From: Macrostomum hystrix
Lineage: Eukaryota; Animalia; Platyhelminthes
Assembly: GCA_950097015.1 (NCBI GenBank)
Contig: CATNEN010000025.1
Location: 6,138,001-6,202,000 of the forward strand
Direction of reading: 5' to 3'
DNA length: 64,000 bases
Part shown: positions 22,283 through 32,067 of the stretch, piece after piece
How positions within the stretch are numbered: the first letter of the stretch is position 1
Layout: the number at the start of each line of letters is the position of its first letter
Made by a program: the position numbers and the translations under genes
The notes under the pieces: generated by a model
Database searches by the model: none
The model's input: only the letters and a program-made list of their open reading frames with translations
Told to the model about the DNA's origin: nothing

Positions 22283-22829
22283 CATCATCAACTGGGTTTA
22301 GAAATTTGTCTGTCGGCATCTGTGTTTCATCTGGCAGTAGGTTTAGTCTCCAGCCGGCTAGCATACGGGCAGAGTTTCAATGAAAGCCACTTTATAATAT
22401 CGAGGCGACTGCACGAGTTGGTTTTTCAACTGACCCCTGTCACCTCTGCGCCCAGTTCTCAACTCCCGCGGCTAGTTTTTGAAAAACTATCAGTTTTCCT
22501 TTGTTTATCTTTCTATTTAAAAATCTGTGTTTAAACTCAAGAAATTTGTTTTGTATCGCGTGGCAGACTCAATTGGTTATGCGAAAATTTTGTTTAAAAT
22601 ATTTTTTGTCACTCAGCTTTGCTTGTGGTCTGATTGCTTTTCGAGATCTGACTGGGAAACGGTTTCTCGTGTGATGCCTCCAACGGATTGGAATCGGCTT
22701 GACAACGGATGTTTCCAGGTCAAATCAGGTCAGAGGGGAGTTGGCCATTTTCTTTTCTATGAAACCAATTGTAATTCCCTTATCCTTCAGACTATCAACT
22801 CTTCTACACTAATCCACCAGATTAGCATC

Positions 22830-23640
22830 TCTCAACCCCTAATCCTTCCGACTCGCATCCCTAATCCCTAATCCTTCAGACTGACATCCCTAATACCTAA
22901 TGCTTCAGACTGACATCCCTTATTTCTAATCCTTCAGACTGTCATCCCTAATCCCTAACCCTTCAGACTGTCATCCCTAATCCCTAACCCTTCAGACTGT
23001 CATCCCTAATCCCTAATCCTTCAGACTGTCATCCCTAATCCCTAACCCTTCAGACTGTCATCCCTAATCCCTAACCCTTCAGACTGTCTTCCCTAATCCT
23101 TCAGACTGTCATCCCTAATCCTTCAGACTGTCATCCCTAATCCTTCAGACTGTCATCCCTAACCCTTCAGACTGTCATCCCTAATCCCTAACCCTTCAGA
23201 CTGTCATCCCTAATCCCTAACCCTTCAGACTGTCATCCCTAATCCTTCAGACTGTCATCCCTAATCCTTCAGACTGTCATCCCTAATCCTTCAGACTGTC
23301 ATCCCTAATCCTTCAGACTGTCATCCCTAATCCTTCAGACTGTCATCCCTAATCCTTCAGACTGTCATCCCTAATCCTTCAGACTGTCATCCCTAATCCT
23401 TCAGACTGTCATCCCTAATCCTTCAGACTGTCATCCCTAATCCTTCAGACTGTCATCCCTAATCCTTCAGACTGTCATCCCTAATCCTTCAGACTGTCAT
23501 CCCTTATCCTTCGGACTGTCATCCCTAATCCTTCGGACTGTCATCCCTAATCCTTCAGACTGTCATCCCTATTCCTAATCACAAATCTATTGGATTTTTT
23601 CCTTATCATTTATCCCTAATCCCTAACCCATCGGATAATC
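22830..23640. repeat. Minisatellite, 22/28-bp units CCCTAA(T/C)[CCCTAAC]CCTTCAGACTGTCAT containing telomeric CCCTAA hexamers
   Basis: About 30 copies; 28-bp units at the left end, 22-bp units at the right end. Confidence 0.95.
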
Positions 23641-24285
23641 CCTAACCCCATAATCCATAAGATTGCAAAGATTCTATCCACTCAGTCCTTTAGATTATAA
23701 TTTAATAGAATTCTAATGTCGCGTATACTTCAACATCTAACACCATCAGGTGTGTCGGTGATGCAATCCCAACTTCTGCAACTAGCGCCTAATTTATTGA
23801 CTGCGCATTGCTGCCGTCAGGCCTCAAAAATTGTTCGCAAGTCTCCTGAGGATCGGACAGCTTGATTGGCCGTTTAGAGAAATTCTTTAGTGGGATTTCA
23901 GAACGACAGCTGCCATAGCTCAATTGAGCAATTAAAAAAATATGCCTCGAAACAGCGGGAGTTTACGATTTCGATGGCCTCATTGTGGTACTACGAGTTA
24001 AAATCTCACATTTTTAGCCCAATCCCAAAACTTTCTCTTCCCATTCTCTCTGTCGATCCCCACGCTTGTAAAAATGGCATGGCGCTTTGTCCTCAATCCC
24101 CAGAATTCGCCCAGCCCCCTGTAGCACTCGACTCCGGTGGCCAATGATAGCACGGCGTGGGGTTACTGGGGACCGCGTTTCAGAATTAAAAACGAAGATA
24201 AACTCAAACTGAGCAACTAATTATTTAGCGGCGGATTTGCTCAGCCAATTTAATAATTTAATAATTTGAAATACCCAGCCGGAAA

Positions 24286-25355
24286 ATGGAACTGTATTCT
24301 TTAGTGAGCAGTCTTAGGAAGCCGGAATCATTGCGCAGTCAGAAATCGACGAAAATTCTGTCTAGCCGCGAAATTGGTTTCCAAGAAACCACTCGCCTAT
24401 CCGGTTTCCAAGAAACCACTCGCCCATCCGGTTTCCAAGAAACCACTCGCCCATCCGGTTTCCAAGAAACCACTCGCTCATCCGGTTTCCAAGAAACCAC
24501 TCGCTCATCCGGTTTCCAAGAAACCACTCGCTCATCCGGTTTCCAAGAAACCAATCGCTCATCCGGTGTCCAAGAAACCACTCGCTTATCCGGTTTTCCC
24601 AATGGCGACACTTCGGGGCTCGACGAAGCCAGTTTTTCAAAATCGAGGAACAGTATCCATCGATTGGCACCATTTCAAACTGGTGCTTTCCAAGAAAGCA
24701 GCAGAACTTTGGTCCGGATTCAGAGCATTGGTTCTCAGGATGCTCGAGCCGCAAGACGCCGCGTTGTGTTCGCTGGCACTGGCGCTCCCCGGGCGACGGC
24801 TGCAGTCGCCGCAACTTCAGCTTCGTCTGGACGCTTGGCAGAACTACGACCACGTCTGCTGGCGTCCAGCTACCTTCCCGAGTTCTACTCGAGGCGACCG
24901 CGAAGGCTGCCAGCGAAGAGAGGCGCCAATAGGCGACAAGGAGCTCATTGTAAGTAACGGCTGTGGATAGATCCCATATCCCAGATCCCATGTCCCAGAT
25001 CCCATGTCCCAGATCCCATGTCCCAGATCCCATGTCCCAGATCCCATGTCCCAGATCCCATGTCCCAGATCCCATGTCCCAGATCCCATGTCCCAGATCC
25101 CATGTCCCAGATCCCATGTCCCAGATCCCATGTCCCAGATCCCATGTCCCAGATCCCATGTCCCAGATCCCATGTCCCAGATCCCATGTCCCAGATCCCA
25201 TGTAAGAATCTAACCATTCTTTTGCAGACATCAGCCAGCACGAGAAGAAATTTCCAAGGGGAGCTTCATACAGCAGCAAGTCGATATCCTCAGCGGTGGC
25301 TGCAGGCGGTGGCAGTCGAGTTCATTCGCTGAGGGGCCGTCCAGCATCAATTTGA
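24286..25355 (+). CDS. Putative highly divergent Cip/Kip-like CDK inhibitor (paralogue A), 2 exons, ~263 aa, with an N-terminal 9-aa repeat
   Basis: Exons 24286-24949 and 25228-25355. The intron is phase 1 with a GTAAGT donor, CTAAC branch site at 25210-25214 and TTTTGCAG acceptor. Start context is aaaATGg. Contains ARRRVVF and LPEFYSRRPR (p27: LPEFYYRPPR). Family assignment rests on short motifs only. Confidence 0.5.
24376..24592 (+). repeat. 27-bp tandem repeat (GGTTTCCAAGAAACCACTCGCTCATCC) inside the predicted CDS, encoding SGFQETTR(S/P/L) x8
   Basis: Eight copies with the frame preserved; a related FQE motif recurs downstream (GAFQESSRT). Confidence 0.9.
24969..25203. repeat. Minisatellite, 14-bp unit CCCAGATCCCATGT filling the intron of gene 24286-25355
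   Basis: About 17 almost perfect copies. Confidence 0.97.
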
Positions 25356-25804
25356 ATTTTTGCTTCTCTGCTCTTTGTCATGTAAATGATACTTTAATTA
25401 TTAATTTCTTACCTTGTAATACTTATGTTTAAATATATTCGTAAGTAGTGCAACAGACTGCGTGTAATTTGCTCGCAAATTAGCAAGTCAATCTAAAATA
25501 TCTAAACAATTTTGTTAATTTTTTAAAACGTAAAGAAAAATATTATTTTGGCGAAGTCCGTTGTCAAAAAACAAGCATTGAAATTTGGAATTTATTATTT
25601 GTTTCCGTTCTACACTTTGGCATAAAAGATTTTGCATGACAAATTCAAATCGTTTGTTTTTGCCCATCCGGGCACTTAACAGATTTTTGCATTACTTTTT
25701 AATTTTACTGGCTCATTGCAAGCTTTCATGGCTACTTGCAGTAGCCAACTAAGAATTACTTCCTGAAACTAAAGATCGTAAAGGATATTTCCCGATTTGG
25801 TCCC

Positions 25805-25970
25805 AATTACTTCAGGACCAATAGTACCAGTTGCTCCATTACTTCAGGACCAATAGTATCAGTTGCTTCATTACTTCAGGACCAATAGTACCAGTTGCTC
25901 CATTACTTCAGGACCAATAGTACCAGTTGCTCCATTACTTCAGGACCAATAGTCCCAGTTGCTTCATGAC
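25805..25970. repeat. Minisatellite, 32-bp unit CATTACTTCAGGACCAATAGTACCAGTTGCTC
   Basis: About 5 copies. Confidence 0.9.
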
Positions 25971-26419
25971 TTCAAAGCAACTAATCCCAGCTCTCATTAT
26001 CCCAGACATTGGCAATAAAATTTCTTCTTTGAGTGGAGTTACTGTACTCTGGTCAGACAAATCACTGCAAATGTGAAAGGCTATGGTTGTGTCCGTTGAT
26101 TTCCGGTCATACCCTTGCCTTCTGTTTCAAATGACATGTAGTGGGCAAATTCTGCGAAACCCGAGACCAATCTGCCTGCTTTGATTTTTAATTAGTGCTA
26201 GTGTTGGCACATTGGTCAATTGTGACTGCTTCTTATCTGGAGCTGTGCTGTGTGTGAGTGAGGCCAAGTTGTTTGGGTTCTTGACTGCTTGTGATCAGGT
26301 TACGAGCTAAATTACATGCGTTATACCTATAATGCATGAGAAATCTTCCAGACCAATCGGCAAATCAGATATCAGAAAAAAAATCGGGAATCGAGAAATC
26401 TCCTATCTTCCCGATGGGA

Positions 26420-27000
26420 GAGAAATTTGGGAAACAGGGGAGAAATCGGGAAGATGGGAGAGAAATCGGGAAGATGGGGGGAGAAATCGGGGCGACGGGA
26501 AAGAAATTGAGGAGAGGGGGATAAATCGGGAAGATGGCGGATAAATCGGGAAGATGGTGGAGAAATCGGGGCGACGCGGGAGAAATCGGGAAGATAGAGG
26601 AGAAATCGGTAAGATGGGGGGAGAAATCGGGAAGATGGGGGGAGAAATCGGGGCGACCGGAAAGAAATTGAGGAGAAGGGGATAAATCGGGAAGATGGTG
26701 GAGAAATCGGGGCGACGCGGGAGAAATCGGGAAGAGGGGAAGAAATAGTGAATATGGGTAGAGAAATCGGGAAGATGGGGGAGAAATCGGGGCGACGGGA
26801 AAGAAATTGAGGAGAGGGGGAGAAATAGGGAAGATGGGGATAAATCGGGAAGATGGGGGATTAATCGGGAAGATGGTGGAGAAATCGGGAAGAGGGGAAG
26901 AAATAGTGAAGATGGGTGGAGAAATCGGGCGACGGGGGAGAAATTGGGAGAGGGGGAGAAATCGGGAAGATGGGGGAGAACTGGGGCGACAGGGAAGAAT
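26420..27000. repeat. Purine-rich minisatellite, ~20-bp unit GAGAAATCGGGAAGATGGGG with larger duplicated blocks
   Basis: About 27 degenerate copies. Confidence 0.9.
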
Positions 27001-27245
27001 CGGGGCAGAAATTGGTCCTAGGAGATGGGAACACAGATGGAATTTGAAAGAGAGTGACATGGAGGTTAAAAGGGGGTTGCATGACTTGAGCTTGTTGAAA
27101 TGCATAGTATAGTGAAGTGACAGATCGAATTGAATGACTGTTTAGAAGCAGATAGAAGCCAGATAGAAGCGATAGCGTGGGAGAATGCAAGCAAAACAAG
27201 CTTGTGAAGAAACAGCAGAGAAAAAAAACATGCAAAGTGAAAGAC

Positions 27246-27397
27246 GAGAAAGAATATTAATTTATGAAGGCAGCGAATAGAACTTCATTTATAAATGCAA
27301 CACTGCAACCAATGAGAGAGAAAGAATATTAATTTATGAAGGCAGCGAATAGAACTTCATTTATAAATGCAACACTGCAACCAATGAGAGAGAAAGA
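27246..27397. repeat. 72-bp direct tandem duplication
   Basis: GAGAAAGAATATTAATTTATGAAGG...CCAATGAGA repeated at 27246 and 27318. Confidence 0.9.
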
Positions 27398-28019
27398 AAT
27401 GGATAGGTGTTCTCAAATTTCTTTTATTCCGAACTTGCTAATGGAATTCATCATTCCTATTATTCGATTTGGGATTATGAAAGGCGGGCAGGCAGGTGTT
27501 CAGCGAGGTAGGCTGTCTCATGCAGTCACAAAAATCAGCATCTCATTATATAGACATCCCGCATTAACCAGCTGCTTCAACTGCTGCTGACGCTAATAAG
27601 ATTGATATCGGATTACTGAGATGAGATCCGTCATCGTTAAAATCTGGATCATCTTCTGGAGACTGCAGGAGCCCGCATCTGCTGTCTGCAGCCGCAATGC
27701 TGAATATATGTGCATTAAAGTGAGCGGTTATCGGAACCTGCGGGCTGCAAGCTCTGTGCCACGTCCTGGCCCTGCATGATTCTATATTTTAGTTAGCCCC
27801 TATCAATGCCTCGCCCGTATGTACGAGCTATAATGCGTATAGTTATCAACTAATGGCTGTGGCGAATGCTTTATTGGCTGGCGATTGGGCGTTGCGCAAC
27901 CTTATACAATCCTTATATGCATATGGCAATACGAGCTGCCATTTCACATCTTTATGATTTTAATCTAATCTCTACTCATCTCAAAATAACCTCTCTTCTC
28001 ATTTAACCATCCTGAAATT

Positions 28020-28420
28020 TTGCCTCTCCTCTCGCTCCCCATCCTCTCCCTTGCTCTCTCTACACCCTCTCCCCCTCTTTTCTCTCTCTCTCCATCCTCT
28101 CCCTCTACTCTCTCTACATCCTCTCCCTCTACTCTCTCTCTCCCTCTACTCTCTCTCCATCCTCTCCCTCTACTCTCTCTCCATCCTCTCCCTCTTCTCT
28201 CTCCATCCTCTCCCTCTACTCTCTCTCCATCCTCTCCCTCTACTCTCTCTCCATCCTCTCCCTCTACTCTCTCTCCATCCTCTCCCTCTTCTCTCTCTCC
28301 ATCCTCTCCCTCTTCTCTCTCTACACCCTCTCCCCCTCCTCTCTTTCCATCTTCTCCCCTTCCTCTCTCTCCATCCTCTCCCTTCTACTCTCCCTAGTTC
28401 TCCCCTCCTCTTCGTCTTTC
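28020..28420. repeat. CT-rich minisatellite (CTCTCCATCCTCTCCCTCTACTCT-like, ~24 bp)
   Basis: Polypyrimidine array. Confidence 0.9.
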
Positions 28421-29149
28421 TCATTTTCCTGTCTTGCTCTCCATAGCATTTTGGCAGCTGTCGGGGATAGATCGTAGGAGGCGCCTGTCTCTATTTCATG
28501 TTCCAACACAGCTGTCATACATATAACCCATTAGCTGATCAGTCCTCACTTTATAACGTGGATTTTATTTATGCTAATATTTAGATAGTGAACAGTCAGA
28601 GGCCAGTTGAGGGACTATAGGCAACAGTTTCCATAGTAATCACTTCCTTTTGTATGCTCGATTGTTCGTTAAAGACTAGACTTAATTGGATGCCTGAAAA
28701 TTGTCTTAGTAACTAATAAAGGCTAGTTGTTTTCCGCGCCTACTAATAGTTGCTAAGCCGGGGTTGTAAATCCTGCTGGCGGGGGCCCCACTCCACTAAG
28801 CCCAACCCACCCCAACCACCTAGCCAACCAACCAACCCACAAACTTATCACTATGGGGACAGAGAAACACCGCTTTTAATGACTCACTCACCCATTTATG
28901 CGACTGATCAAAAGTTCTATTACTAATGTTTTTCGTATAATAAAATTATTTTCTAAATCACAAATATCAACCTTATCTTCCTTCCGTTCCACTTTTAATT
29001 ATAGATTTAAGGCAGTGTTTGCCATGAATCCAAAAGCTGACTAAATTTGTTACATGGCTAGAGCCGAAGATTGGCTTGCAGGAGAGGAGAGGTAGACATG
29101 TAGGGAGACGAGAAGTAGACACGGGAAGAGAAGTAGATAGGCGACGGGT

Positions 29150-29812
29150 GGTTGATAGGCGAGGAGAGGTAGACAGAAAAGGAGAGGTAGACAGAAAAGG
29201 AGAGGTAGACAGAAGAGGAGAGGTAGACAGAAGAGGAGAGGTAGACAGAAGAGGAGAGGTAGACAGAAGAGGAGAGGTAGACAGAAGAGGAGAGGTAGAC
29301 AGAAGAGGAGAGGTAGACAGAAGAGGAGAGGTAGACAGAAGAGGAGAGGTAGACAGAAGAGGAGAGGTAGACAGAAGAGGAGAGGTAGACAGAAGAGGAG
29401 AGGTAGACAGAAGAGGAGATGTAGACAGAAGAGGAGAGGTAGACAGAAGAGGAGAGGTAGACAGAAGAGGAGAGGTAGACAGAAGAGGAGAGGTAGACAG
29501 AAGAGGAGATGTAGACAGAAGAGGAGAGGTAGACAGAAGAGGAGAGGTAGACAGAAGAGGAGAGGTAGACAGAAGAGGAGAGGTAGACAGAAAAGGAGAG
29601 GTAGACAGAAGAGGAGAGGTAGACAGAAGAGGAGAGGTAGACAGAAGAGGAGAGGTAGACAGAAAAGGAGAGGTAGACAGAAGAGGAGAGGTAGACAGAA
29701 GAGGAGAGGTAGACAGAAGAGGAGAGGTAGACAGAAGAGGAGAGGTAGACAGAAAAGGAGAGGTAGACAGAAAAGGAGAGGTAGACAGAAGAGGAGAGGT
29801 AGACAGAAGGAG
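29150..29812. repeat. Minisatellite, 18-bp unit GAGAGGTAGACAGAA(G/A)AG
   Basis: About 36 copies; produces the spurious EVDRRG ORF. Confidence 0.97.
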
Positions 29813-30477
29813 AGGTAAGAGTAAGATAGAACAGAAGTGTAGCCCCTCGGATGTCGGTGCGATACTAATATTTATTCGGTGTGCAAAACTGAAATTCTGT
29901 ACATAAATTTTAATTATAGCCTACACAGTGATAATAGTTTCAGACAATAAAGTAGTCAAAACGGGCACCAAATTATAACGTTCAAATCTGACTTCAACAC
30001 ACTAGCGGGCTTCAATTTTCAGCCAACCGCGCAACCACCCCACCACCCCAATCTGTTCGTCCTTGCAAACCCTAGACTATAAACGCGGGCCGGCCGGCCG
30101 GCATGTCATAAAATTGTGGGGGTGCTGCGCTTAGTCATGCTCATGCCCTGGCAGGCCTGGGGGACCTTCATGCGTGTTTTTCACGCTAGCACCCAAGTTC
30201 AGCAGGGTGAAGAGGGGTAAAGAACGGAGGATGGGGTGGGGCTGAATCAGCCAATAGAAAGCGATCTGACCAAACCCCCTCGAGTGCCCACATATTTTGT
30301 GGCCCAGCCAACCCCACCCCCAGGGCTATATCACGTGAGGCTTTGCCGGCTGCTCCATATTTTCCAGTTATTTCTCTCAGCAGCCCAGCCGAGCTTTGTC
30401 TTTAGAAGAAACGCCCCGCCGGCTATTATTTTTTTCCATATTGCTCCGGACTTTAAAAAAGCAAGTTTTGTTCAGCA

Positions 30478-31087
30478 ATGCCATTCAGTGCTAGCGCAGC
30501 TCCCAACGGCAGCCGCAGTGGAAGCGGAGGTGCAGTTCGGGGAATTCGCTTCGTCAATAGCAACACTGGCAGCGGAAAAGTTGGATCATTGCAACAGCAA
30601 CATCAGACAGAGAAGCAGCATCAGCAACAGTTGACATTCAATAGCGACATTCTGAGCTCCCGCCTCGACCGTCTGGGCCTGACCGTAGAAGACGCAGCTG
30701 CCATTGCCAAGGCCTACCGGCTGACAGCCGTGCCAGCATCGCGACTGCCCAGCTTCTATAGCAGGCGTCACTGCAGCTGCAAGTCTGCAAAATGCACCGA
30801 AGATGACAGCAGCAGCAGCAGCAGCAAGGCCGGCCTCAGTTCCGTTGGCGCTGGAGTCGTCAAGAGGCGTCCCTTGGTGCAGGCCAGAATTTGTGGTGAG
30901 TTGCTTGAACTTTTATCTGCTATGTTTTCTGTTAGTTTATTATCTATATAAATTTTTTGAAGGTGCTTCATTTTCCCCATCATTCTCTTTTTTTCCAGAC
31001 ATGTTCCCAAGCAAGAAGCGAATCAGACTGCAAGCCTTACCTCAGCAGCAGTTCGCTTCTTTGGCCAAGAAGAAGTCAACTAACTAG
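30478..31087 (+). CDS. Putative divergent Cip/Kip-family CDK inhibitor (paralogue B, p21/p27/p57-like), 2 exons, 168 aa
   Basis: Exons 30478-30895 and 30999-31087 (phase 1, G|GTGAG...TTTTCCAG|AC). YRLTAVPASRLPSFYSR aligns without gaps to p27 YEWQEVEKGSLPEFYYR. The C-terminal KRRPLVQARICDMFPSKKRI resembles the p21 PIP degron KRRQTSMTDFYHSKRRL, with the intron inside the Asp codon. Confidence 0.62.
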
Positions 31088-32067
31088 GATTTTTAGGCCT
31101 GGTTCGAAGTGAAAAATAAGGCAAGGTGTGACTGTTCCGCATGACTCATCGGCCCACTCCAAAGTCTGTTTCTTCCGCTGGGTCTTCATCCCCGCCAGCA
31201 ACCCCACTCCTTTGTTTGGTCGCCCCGAGGGGCCGCCCAAGCGCATGCAGCGGTTGAGGCTTTGAGGGTGACGTCATCGCGCACGTGTCCCAGGCCCCAT
31301 CTTGTGCCATAAACAAAGTGGAAAAGTCTTAGACTTAAAGGGTTCGGGGGAAATGGGAATACGAGTCATCGCGTGTTTGCCATGAGTAAAGGTGGCCTCG
31401 TTATATTCTATGCCAGCTATAGCATTGCTTGAATGATTAATTGGTGAGGGTGTGAATTTCATTATTCTAGTTTTCTTTAAGTCTTCTGTTTATAAATTGT
31501 CAGGCTTTTTCTCTGTTCATCTGTGATTGATTGTTTTGTCTGATTGTTTCAATAATCCTACTGTACAATAGGTTATTGTAATATTTGTATTATCCGTCAC
31601 AAAATTGCTACTGTTAATTTGCCATTAGTTCTCGATATAAACAGCATTGCATTGTGTGTAGAATATCAAATATATGGAAAGCATTGTTTCCTAATTCATA
31701 AACTGTACATTGTATTTTTATTGCTATAGTACTTTATATTTGTGAATTGTGTTTTGAAATTTATTGCAATTTTTTTTCTTTTTCAAAAGGAGGACAGATG
31801 AACTTCTAACGGACCCTGCACAATATAGCAGAAAAACTGTTGTTGCTTTTAGATCTGGACTTGTAGCATGTGTAAACACAGTCTTACAAATGCAGTCTGA
31901 ACTTAATTTGAATACCATTTACCAATTTAGTGTCTGTGAGTCATGTGGCCTGGCCTGTAACCAGTAAGGAATTTTGCAATTCAAATCATAGGCTATAGTG
32001 TTGTGACATTATAATGTTATCATGATTAGGGTCAAAATGATATTATCTTCTCCGAAATCCCTATTCT

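Noticed and set aside
22850-23640. Interstitial telomere or chromosome fusion site
   Set aside because: There are no pure or head-to-head TTAGGG tracts; the hexamers are only embedded in longer units.
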